From Paragordius varius (lineage: Eukaryota; Animalia; Nematomorpha): a stretch of DNA of 64,000 bases. The notes under the pieces were generated by a model. That model saw only the letters and a list, made by a program, of their open reading frames with translations, did no database searches and was not told the DNA's origin. The DNA is taken from positions 8,928,001 to 8,992,000 of the forward strand of contig OZ176053.1 of assembly GCA_964247055.1 (NCBI GenBank), read 5' to 3'. The stretch's first letter is position 1; each line of letters starts with the position of its first letter. Below are positions 1-11,713 of the stretch, piece by piece. A program made the position numbers and the translations under genes.

Positions 1-299
1 CGTAGGAAGGCAGGGTCATCCTGTGTCGACAGTGACGGTAAGGAGCAAGTCTGTCACACCCTTTTCTGGACAACTAAATAATTTTTGCTGCCATCATAAA
101 TTTCTAAAATCCCCTCTTCTTAAATTAATATTGCGACATAATTAAAAAATATTAAGAAGAGGGGATCTTAGCAGTTTAAGATTGTATAAAAAAAATAATA
201 TCAAGTTTTTTTAAATAACAGATCTCCAAAAACAGCTCAGGTGTTAGTTAACTATGTTCTATAATCATGTGTCTTCAAAATAAGAGATAACAATATGAT

Positions 300-3200
300 A
301 TGACCGAAAGGTTTGCAAAGCAAATTAATAAGTGTGTTCTATCCCAATTAATTAGTTATTGTGGATGGACATCAGCATCTCAATCATCATTTGATGCTTT
401 AACTGATATTTTCGAAAACTTTTATAAGGAATTAGGAAAATCCTTGAAGGCATATTCGGAACATGGTAATTATTTTTTAATTTTTTAGGAGAACGGGACT
501 TTATTACTTTAGCGGATATAAATTGTGCGTTTAGTGATATGGATATACATATAAAAGATTTGTCCGAGTACATTATAGATGTACCCTCATTTTCGTTTTT
601 GTTAAACGTACCAGAGTTCCCTTTAAAAGCACCCAATAATCTAAACTTTCCCTCAGATAATTCCTCCTTGCCAGAATACGTTGATCCATACTTTCCAAAA
701 CTTCATCAAGAGGAATTATATAACTCCGAATCTGTTCTTAATGATTTGCAAAAGTTTAATTGCATTATAATTTTTTAAGTAATAGTCAAACCATATACAA
801 AGGCGATATATCTGAAATCATTAATGTAAACGCTTCCCAAGAAAGTTTTACAAAAAACAATGACCAAAAAACTCAAGTGGCATATGAAAAGCGTGATATA
901 GGAAGGGCTTCTATATGTGCCCTACCACCCATTTTATCATCCCCAAATGATTATTATTCTTTATCCGAGGAAGACGAATCTGAACCAGAAGTTAGCGAAG
1001 ATATTTTGGAAAATGAAATTTCGCCAAAAATATCTGTTCCTTTAATGCCAAATATCACAAAATTAACAGAACAAAGTAAAACTTAGATATATCATAAACT
1101 AAAATGATTTTTTATTTATATATACTAAACGGGTATACTAATTAATTTTATTATAATATCAAATCTGATTTTTACTTGTTTTATTGTGTCTTAAAAGTAA
1201 AATCGTACTCATGCATAGTATAAACAATTGTAATATTTTTCTCCTATTTTTTAATAAAATTACAATTACAATTATATTTTTAATACTTTTTTGAATATAT
1301 TTGTGTGTTTAAATAGGGTTATTTTTTCCAGAGCCTTATTTTATAGGAAATTATAGTTTAGAACTTCAAAAATGATGATTAAACGCGCTAGAGGAAAGCA
1401 CAAAATGCGCCTTAAAGCTGATTTATCAAGACTTTTTAATACGATTAAGGAATATAACTATCACATATTCTATGTTTTATAAAATGGGTCAACTTTGATT
1501 ATATTTAATTATCCTATATATTTTTAATAACGATTCAGTACTTTTTAACTGTCAAATATCTGAGCCGCGCATTCTAGGAAACGCACTTTGTTTTTATAAT
1601 CATAGCGTTACGATATAAAATTATTTGTCATTACAGCACCCACTGTATTGTGAGCCAATTGACCATACAGTAGCGTATAATATAGAACAAATTTTGACCA
1701 TAATTAATGTTGGATAGTGAATAATTCTCTAATTTTACACATTTGTTGTTTTTTACTCATGCACTACTGTATTGCCAATAAGCTAAGAATAAAGTGCGAA
1801 ATCTAATTTATACACACACGTTTTAGAACCGTCAATGTCAATTAATACAACAACCGCCAGTATGCCCCTATCGAACAATGGAAATAAAGGAGTCACACAT
1901 TCTGTAGGGGGACCCATTACTAAGTCCGGTCTGCCAAAAAAACTGCCAATGATGACAGATAATTTATTTGCACCAGATATTATTATGAAACGAAGTGCTA
2001 TTATTACACCTAGCATACAAACACACACTCTAACCCCCGGCATAAAAGTCCCAGTGTCGTCTAGTGTCACACCGCCTAAAAAATGTTTTGATTTTGAATT
2101 TTATTGACATATGCTTTTTGTCATACAAGATTCGACAATAAATGTGACTTATCAATAATCTATAGGATTATAATTAATAAAGTATCCAAATAATAGTTCT
2201 GGGAAAAAATTGGTTTTCGAAAAATTAATATTTTGTTTGGTTAGGTTTAATTTAACATGCTTAAATGATAAATATTAAAATATTATTACATTGTCTAATT
2301 GTTTAAAGAATGACAAAAGATTACAAAAAATATCCAAATTTCTGTCCACATTACATCATACTATTTTGTATTTTATTAATTTTTCTTTTTTATAATATAT
2401 GTATAACTACAGCTAAGACAACCGTTAAACAAACAACGCCAGCGCACAAAGCCCTAAAAATATATGGCAAAAAGAAGGCCGGAAGGCCAAAGAAAGCTGT
2501 AACTCCACATAAAATGTTGGCTAAAACTGAGAAAATTATGGAAAAAAGTTCAGTCTCACATGAAAACGCTGCGATTTTCCCTTCTAAAAATCTTGAAACA
2601 TCTATAAATTCAGGTTATTACATGATTCCTATAACAAAAACTTATTTCTAAAATCCATAAGTTCCCTTTAATTAACATCTTTATAAATAGACGTATTCGA
2701 AAATAATTAGTATCAACCGATAATTTATTTCGAATTTGGGACTTATCTGTTATTGGCAAATTAATATAGAGAATAGAATTTAAAAGTTAATAATATAGGT
2801 TTATGTTTTCAATAGATTTTATGAAATAATTCCAAATTTCTTTTGAATGACTTTAATGGATTTCGAATACGTTCTACCCTTATATTTTATTAAATTTAGA
2901 AATTATCTATGTATTTTAGAAAAGAAACCTTTACAAAACATAGTGACTGGGAAAACAATGGTCCTACTTAAAGTAATTAAATTATTTTTTTTAGTTTTCA
3001 TTCAAAAACGGTGATTATTAATTAATCGATGTTTATAGAACGCTAAATTGGAGGAGCCCCAAAAATATCCAGAAACACAAGAACCACTTCAACCCTTAAA
3101 GTAAGTATTGTTTGATTTAAATTTTATTTATATATTATTTTAATTGACAATTATGTACGATGTACTAAATTTATACTAATGTTTTAGATTAAGGCTTTCT

Positions 3201-6200
3201 TTGCGAGATTCCGATAGCCCTAAAAAGATATCACCAGTCAAAATACCAGTATTTCAATGTAATTAATTTTAATTATAAAATTGTATTTTTAAAGTCATTA
3301 ATATTATATTTTATGCAGCTTCGATTCATAATGAACCAAATTATGCTTTCACACAACCACAATTGGTAGCTTCTATATCAGAAAATAGCTATAAACACAA
3401 AAAAAGCAAAAAAAAGAAAAAAGACAAAAAACGAGACAAAGGTAAACAATAAATAATTTATTTTTTAAACAACAATTTTATTTTATAAATTTGTCTTAAA
3501 TATTGGTTTTTGATAGATATATATGCGTGAAAGTTATTAGGAAATTTTTTTGTTACATTGTCGAACAATTTTTTATATACATTGTTTGAAAGGTTTTTTT
3601 AATAGATTCAATGAAACTGTAAAATATTTTTAGAGTTTTTATGAATTTTTAATACCAAACAAATTTGATTAAGTAAAATTTTATTCTAAAAATATACGGA
3701 GCCAATATGCAAAATAAATAAATAAATTTATAATACCTATGTTATTAAATTTATCATCGTATAGCTCTCACAATAAATTTTCTTTCTAAAATCTAATTTC
3801 TGCATTATATAAATAACTATTTTATTACAAAATATATTGTAGTATTTACTTAATATATATTTTGAATTGGCTAATTGTTTTTTCACCTGGTAAAATGACT
3901 CCCATTTTTTTCAATTTTAATAATTCACGGGTCTCTAACCGAAAATAGCGAAATTACACAAACTACATTTTTTACATGTCCTTATAATAATTTTATTAAT
4001 TACATAACAAAATATATCAATTTAAATGAAAATAATTCTATAAAAAATTATACTATTTAGAAAAACGAAGAGATAGCAAATCCTTTACTACGGATGCAGC
4101 ATCAGAAATAAAGTATCATATTTTAGTCTTTTGAATTATTTTTTATCATTATTTAACTTTTAATAAATTTTTAGAACCACAATGTCTACACACATTTTAC
4201 CCCCAAAATTGGGTATTTTTGCGCCCCAATATAATTCATTTGAGGTAATTTAATAAAGTATATGATAAAATTTTATGAATTTTATATTAATTTGTTGGTT
4301 TTACCCTTTTTGTATTTTTTAGCCCGAAACGTTAGCCAAGCAATCACCTAAAATTTTTGAAAAGTAAAATTTATTTACGCTATTGTTCTTATCTTTCTTT
4401 CCTTTATAATTAATTTAATTACTATAACCAAATTTTAACACTGTTAAGTATCGTCTTAAATACTTTTATGTAATCAAATATTAATAATTTATAAAAAATT
4501 ATAAACCGCTCTTCCTCTTTTTCCCCAGTATATATATATAACATTAAATTAATGATATACTATATATTTTAGACAATCGGAGGAACCCCTTAATATTGTT
4601 AAAAACTTAAGGGAATCGGTCTCAGATGAAAACAGTGAAGTCAGTATGGTGCTTGATGAAGAAATCGAAGCCGATAAAATAAGTCAAAATCCAGTTTTAG
4701 AGACCCAAATGGTACTATATCCATATTTTTGTCATACGCTTTTTACAAACGATAATATTTTAATTCATATAGTTTTAATATCTAATTAATTATTAAAATT
4801 TTAATGACGGTTTTTATTTTTTCCTTAATTTGCTAGCCTCCAAAACAGAGTCCAGAACCTGAAAAATTATTACCCAAGCCATCTTTACCCCCGATAAAGA
4901 TAAAATTGATCTCAATCAAAGATAGTGGTGGTCCAAAAACTGCCATGATTAGTTCAGCGAGTCCAATGTATCGAATCGAACGACAACACAATGGGATGGT
5001 CGATTTTGAAAACGATGACTCTTCACATTCAAATCAATCGCTAAATAGTGATGAAAGTTTAATCGATGAAAATAATAGCCTACATAGTATCGATAATAAC
5101 ACTGTTAGAGATCAAGTATTAGAACCTTCTGTCATTCCAAATATCAATGATCTCAATGATAACAATATCAAACACAATCATATTGATTATCATACCATGG
5201 ATGTTAAAATGGAAATAAACCTTCCACCAATGCTATCTGAACATACAAATACTAAATCACATTTAAGCCCAAAACTATCGCCAGATAAAGAACAAAGGAT
5301 AACGTCATTCAAACAGCCTGTATCTAAGACTAAACTTGCACCAATTTATACACCCTCAAACAGCGAGGATGAGGAGGATGATAAACAACAATCATCATAT
5401 AAAACTGAGGACAGTCACATCCAACAAATTGTAAAAGATACGCAATCCTTGTAAGTTGTCTAATACAGTAAAAATTAAAATTATGCGGTTAAAACATAAA
5501 AATATAAAGACAAATATTTTTTTTCCAAAAGACAATTATACTTTTTTATTCTTGATTTTTTGAATATAGATCACGTGAATGTTGGTAACACAATCAATTA
5601 TATATATTAAAATTGTAATTATATAATTTATATCGGAAAAATTTTGGTTTAAAAAGGTAGAGCGATTTTTTGAAAAAAATGTTTGTCTTTATTACGTTTC
5701 CGTTTAATTTTATTTAATATTTTTATGAGGTGTTATAAGTTGCAATAAAATAATTTAAATTAATTATAATTATATATATTGTTGTTTTAATCTAAGTACA
5801 AGTTGATGTTGAGATATTCCATTAATTATAATGATTGATATTTAATAAAACATTGAAAAAACAGTCAAATATTCATTTATTTATGATCAGCTAAAGTTGT
5901 GTATTCAAGCAGAATTGAGTTAAAAATTTAATGCAGTATATTTTTTAAATTCCATCACAATTTTTCCTAGGGTCGAAATGTTTTATGAACATATCAATAT
6001 AATATAACATTATTTGTAAAGAGATAATCACATATCTGATTCTATAATTCATCCTCCGATTGCGCAACAGACTTCTCCAAATATTATTAATGATGTTATA
6101 GAAAGGCAATCTCCCAACCAATACTCTAAAATATACAATCCAGTCATCGGTAAGCTGTAATTATATTTAGAAAAACATATAAAGCTATATGGTTTAAAAT

Positions 6201-9200
6201 ATAAACAAATATACCCATTTACACTTTATTCCCCCATGAACAATGAACTCAAATGAACTCATTCTTTATTTATAATTCATTTTCGTATTTTTACTCTTTA
6301 ACGATATAATTTATATTTTAAATCTTCAAGTGAATTCGGTTTTCCAATCCTTCTATATTTACTTAATAATTATAAAAGATGCTTTTAAAATTAATCAAAG
6401 ATCTTATGCATTCAATGTTAACACTCATTACAATTAGAAACATCGACATATTCAACGGATTTTAACCAAAGCACAAATGATGACTCCAATACTGAAACAA
6501 TCACTGGATATGGTTTAAGTAATTTCATAGAAAATGCGCAAGCAAGATCAGCCTTTCAACGCTCTTTATCAGGTTGATTAACTAAAAAATATAGGTTTTA
6601 CAATATATTAAACACTTTTTGTTAGTATATATATATATATATATGTATTCTGTAAAACACATTTTTATCGTTTATATGACTTTTTGAATGTAGATGATTA
6701 TAATAATACCAAAGATGATTTTGAATCGAATATCGAAACACATCATCCAATCGTAAATCGGAAGAAACAACACACAGCTCCTTCATCTAATACCTTGACT
6801 ACAAATTTTGGTCCACCATTAACGACCCAAAAAATTAGCCCAAATAAAAGTTTTTAAATTTTTTGATATATATATTTACCAAATATTGCTTTTAAAAATA
6901 TTTTCATTTTTATACATAATGTGTATTAATTAAGGCTCCACAACTACTACTAAGAAAACATCAATTTTACCACCTATCTCCAGCACTAAGGTAAATTTAT
7001 TTTACGGTACATAAAATTTATAAATTAAATATTTTAATTATAAAATTTGTAATGCACACTCAAAGTATCAAATTTTTTAATGTTAACACAAAAGTTAATT
7101 GCATTTTTAAAAAATCTTCATCTTTAAATTAACCATAACTCCCTTCATATCAATCAATTATTTATTTAAAAACAAAAATATTAATTGGTATCTATATTTC
7201 ATCAACCATTTTTATGATTAAATCGTAATTTTGATTCGACCAAATTTTTTTCATAATAATATTACGCACATGTTTTTTTAGTTTCATTTCTCATTTAATT
7301 ATAATTTATATTTAAATTTTATTTTTACGTTTGACAAAAATAGATTACTTCAAAATAGTTATATAAAATCATTCAATTATTATAGCTATAACCCCAATAT
7401 CATCATCATTCATTTGTATGGGGATTCGCCATTAAATGACGGTACACCCGTTTTTTCCACTCTTCTCTTGATTTGGCTAATTCATGATTAAGTGATTCGA
7501 GGTCTTTAGTTATTGTGTTTTGCCATGTGGTATGGGGTCGGCCGGATTTCGCTGGTAGTTCAACCGATTAATTTTTCATAGTTTTAAGAATGTGGGTATC
7601 TTGCCGTCTTTCAACATATTCAACCCATTGTAACCGGAGATTTCTGAGACGTTGTTGATGGGGTTGAGATTGAGTATATGGTACGGGTTTATGGATTCGG
7701 TATAATTGAATTTAGAGGGATTGTGTGCAAATAATATTGTTTTCAATAATTTGGATTCAGCGTTTATGAGTTTGGATTCATTTGTTTTTGACATCGGCCA
7801 GGATTCGGATGCATATGCGAGAACGGGACGGATGGCTGTAGTGTAAATGGCACATTTAGTTTGTAGTTTGACGAATTTATTATTTATTATTAATTTTAAC
7901 GAATGGTATTTTTTCCACATTTGTGATATGCGATGCTTAATTGCAGGTTCTATTCCTCCACCGGCTGATATCATATCGCCCAAGTAGCAAAAACTGCTCA
8001 CTGTTTCCATATTGAAAGGATTGGGAATCGAGTTGATTGTTAAATTAATATTATTATTTAAACATGCCGAGCATTTGTAGTGTTTATCGTAATCATTTAT
8101 AGATTTGAGGCTACTACATTTTTTGTGTACCTATAGAACACAATAATTGCAGCGTACAGAATTTGATTTAACTTCTTTTCTGCATACGCTGCATGGGTTT
8201 TTAGCGGTGAGATTATCGTACATTAATTTGGTTTTTGAAAAATTGACTTTGACACCATAGCTTTTTAAGGTGTCATTCCACAGACGAATTTTCCCTATGA
8301 GATCGCTTTCCGATGTCGATGATATTACAAGGTCATCGGCGTAAAGAATTTGGTGGGCATGCCGGTTGCGATGTCTTTAGTTATTTCTTCCATAATGACA
8401 TTGAAGAGGGTTGGGCTTTATATGGATCCTTGGTGGAGTCCATTTTTTATTAAAAAACTTTTACTTAGTCCAAACGGGGTTTTGATTTGGGTTCTGGTAT
8501 TACGGTATAAGAGCATTATTGAGGTTATCAACCATTCGTCAATGCCTTGACGCCTAAGAGCCCATGGTATAAGATCTCTTGGAATGGCATCAAAGGCTCG
8601 TTCCATGTCAAGAAAAGCGTAGTATAAAGGAGATTTTTTGATGTATGCGCTTTGAAGTTGTCTTAGCGTGAATATGGCATCTATTGTACTTTTATTTGGC
8701 CGGAACCCGCATTGCATTTCGTTTAAATGCAATTTGGGCAGGATTTTGGAGAGAATTACTTTTTCATATATTTTCATAGTGTGATCTAATAACTTTATTG
8801 GACGGTAGGATTTCGGCAGCAGAGGGTCTCCTTTATTAATATTTTTAAGTTTTTATATTAATTAAACTTTTTTTTGTTTTATTCTGCCAGTCCTATATAT
8901 AACATAAACATTGTTTGCACACTATATAGGGTGTTGTTGAGGGACATGTGCAGAAGAAGCGTAAAAGATCATATTCCGACGAAGAAGATAATGTTGCATC
9001 AGATAATAGCGACGATAAAGATTTTTCTCCCCGAGCAGTTTACACAAAAAAGGACAAATCATCTTTATCTAGCAATGCCTCAAAGCAAAAGGAGCAAAGT
9101 ACATTTTCCCATTTGTTTCCTCAAAAATTATTTTGAGAAGTTTAATAATTTAATGGACTTCAATATGTTTATACGTTTTTTGAAACGTAAATTTTGTGCA

Positions 9201-10666
9201 AATAAATTTTAGAATCGGGTAAAAAAATTCCGGGAACATTGGCAAACACATCTAGCGCTCATCAGCCTACCCTATTGGTGCCAAAGAAATCTGGTGGACA
9301 GCCATCATCAAATAATGCAAAAAGTACGCATAAAGGTAAATTTTGGTTATTTATCGCTGAATAATTATGATAACTTTTATCAAATATGTATGTTTTAATG
9401 GGATAGATATGTTGAGCTCTCGGAAAATATCGCCAACCACCGATTTTAATCGTATAGTAAGTACAAACATCAATGTATCCGCACTCCCTACACTCCCAAA
9501 AGCACCTATCATTTCAAGCGTTAAAAGCGGAACAGTCAACCCAACTCTGACCAATGTTTCGGGTTCAGGTGGGGTAGAAAGGACTGTCATTACGGAAACT
9601 TTGGGATCTGTAGTCTTGGTAATATTCTATAGAGTGCTTTGTATCGATTATATTAATATAATTGCTATTTTAAATCAATTCCTGAATATTCAAATTCAAC
9701 CCTTAAAATATTTAATCCAACTAAATATATATACATTTATGGACAAAAAGATTGTATACGTTTTTTGGCATAATTTTCTTATATTTTTCTTTTTTTTCTC
9801 TCTGGTTTTAAAATATTTAACAAAAGGCAGTTAATTTTATGTGACTTGTATAGGATAAATTTCTAAAAATATATTTGAAACTATGTGCTATAATTAAAAA
9901 CCACCTATATTACTTTAATGAATAAATTCAAACGAGCTTATATTTTCCAGTAACACTTATATTTAAACAGCATAATGTCATTGGTATCTTATATTTTGAG
10001 CCCAATTTTGCCTATTATCCATCTTGTTTTATGCAACGTGCACTCAAATTATTCAAAGTTCAAATTTATTAATTGAATTCCTTTAAGAATGAAAATGGGG
10101 AAAAAATATGGATATGTCCAGCATGCACTAGGCCTGATGATGGGAGTCCAATGATAGGTTGTGACAGCTGTGATGATTGGTATCATTGGTAAGCATAGAT
10201 TTTTATTATAAAATTACCGTTATGCATTTTATTATTTGGTAATATTTTAGAAGCAAAAGCAAAATATTCAAACACCAATGTTTTTTTCCTCCTCTTGAAA
10301 AAAATTATTTTCAGTCGGTTTCTTTGAGGAATTCGACAGATTTGTTACTTACACATAGAACATTTAAAATTATTTTTTTACATAATCAATATATTGTATT
10401 AGCACAATCTTTTTTAGATTTTTTATAACTTTTATATAAAATGTGCGAAAAAGGTTTGGTTAATAGAAGCATAATTTTGCTTTTTCAATTAATGAAGTTA
10501 TTAGGGATACATCATTCATTATATTTTTCGATTTAGGGTATGTGTCAATATAACGCAAGCACCTGAAGAAAATGAGAATTGGTATTGTGCACGCTGTTTG
10601 GCTAAAAGTATTATAACCTCATACTCCTCTAATAAGCGAAAGAAAAAGAAACCCAAAAAGGGATGA
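300..10666 (+). CDS. TAF3: TFIID subunit 3 (TAF3), 23 exons, ~1206 aa
   Basis: N-terminal histone-fold/BTP domain (MTERFAKQINKCVLSQLISYCGWTSASQSSFDALTDIF...GERDFITLADINCAFSDMDIHIKDLSEY), a Lys-rich HKKSKKKKKDKKRDK tract, and a C-terminal VITETLGSVVL-NENGEKIWICPACTRPDDGSPMIGCDSCDDWYHWVCVNITQAPEENENWYCARC PHD finger. Frame-consistent GT-AG exons: 300-465, 489-753, 780-1075, 1827-2084, 2413-2613, 2920-2972, 3039-3100, 3188-3258, 3319-3441, 4061-4112, 4175-4244, 4323-4363, 4573-4711, 4837-5450, 6022-6149, 6438-6572, 6694-6849, 6935-6990, 8930-9098, 9213-9335, 9407-9618, 10088-10188, 10537-10666 (sum 3621 nt). The middle low-complexity exons are less certain than the ends. Confidence 0.93.
7401..8833 (-). 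mobile_element. 5'-truncated, decayed RTE-clade non-LTR retrotransposon (RT 3' half) in TAF3 intron 18, antisense
   Basis: Minus-strand KGDPLLPKSYRPIKLLDHTMKIYEKV...QCGFRPNKSTIDAIF...DMERAFDAIP...GLHQGSI, YADDL at ~8345, a CxxC zinc-knuckle insert, and ETVSSFCYLGDMISAGGG. It has a (GAT)n-like 3' tail (catcatcattcat at 7401) and is frameshifted. No convincing TSD. Confidence 0.88.
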
Positions 10667-11266
10667 CCTATCCATTATATGTATTATTGGTTTGGTCCGA
10701 CTGGGATTCCTTCCATGCAACAAATTCAAAACCTGCATCTAGATAATCTAATTATGTTTATAACTGTAAATTGTATATATTTATTAAATAAATTATGTTT
10801 AATATTTATATACTTTGGTCTGTATATTATCTCAAAATCTAAAAAACATATGTGAGATGATATTTTAATTCTTGCGCGTATTATTTATAACCATGTTTTC
10901 ACTAACATCTTTGATAAAATTAATTCAATTTAAGGTTAAATTTTTTTACTTAGCTATTAACTGCAACCATTTTATAAAGATCATCTCATTTATCAAAATA
11001 AAATTGAATTCTGATTTTCATATACTGAGATAATAAATTTTACTCTAACGGGTAAAAAATTATCTCAGTTGTATACTTGTTTGTCCATTCACTAAATTTT
11101 TTACCTAATTTTTACATAATATTGTGTTCGTTTTTTAACCACTATTTAAGCAGATTAAAACATTCCATAAATTTCCGCGTTTAACTCTTTTTACACATTG
11201 ATGGCACAAGTAATTCCAAAACAATACATTTTTCTAGAATAATAAATCCGAATCTGGCCTGCTATT

Positions 11267-11268
<2 letters not shown>

Positions 11269-11300
<32 letters not shown>
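11269..11300. repeat. (AT)n microsatellite
   Basis: About 16 uninterrupted AT units; similar tracts at ~47745-47778, ~54265-54300 and ~56172-56204. Confidence 0.95.
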
Positions 11301-11302
<2 letters not shown>

Positions 11303-11324
11303 AACAATATTTGGACCATACACT

Positions 11325-11713
11325 CAGGGACGTACCGAGGGGGGGCAAGGGGGTGCATCATGCCCCGGGCGCCGTTATTTAGGGGCGCCTAAATTTTCTA
11401 AATCATTATTGTTCGCCATTATCATGAGATCAATTTAATATATGCAACAAAAACATTATTTTTATATATAATTTCCATATTATAGAATTTATTAGAATAT
11501 TTATGTATTTTATATGAATAAATTTAGTATCATATAATTATATATATTTATTAGATTTAAAATTTATATGACTGTGCTGTCTTATCTATGGTGTTTAGGT
11601 TACAACGTTTGTATTTTTTTTCTAAATTGTTTTATTGGCTTTTGAAAAAAGGGAGGTGGGGGCGCCATAAAAATTTTATGCCCCGGGCGCCGCAAATGCT
11701 CGGTACGCCACTG
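11325..11713. mobile_element. hAT-type MITE (389 bp) with perfect 8-bp TSD
   Basis: Termini CAGGGACGTACCGAG / CTCGGTACGCCACTG, subterminal GCCCCGGGCGCC motifs at both ends, flanked by CATACACT at 11317-11324 and 11714-11721. Confidence 0.92.

Noticed and set aside
352-636. Antisense ORFs over TAF3, the transporters and RTE segments (e.g. 352-636, 1783-2070, 9351-9590, 18989-19255, 56913-57149)
   Set aside because: Shadow frames of real coding exons on the opposite strand.
7396-8845. AATAT as TSD of the TAF3-intron RTE fragment
   Set aside because: A 5-bp AT-only match is expected by chance in this base composition.
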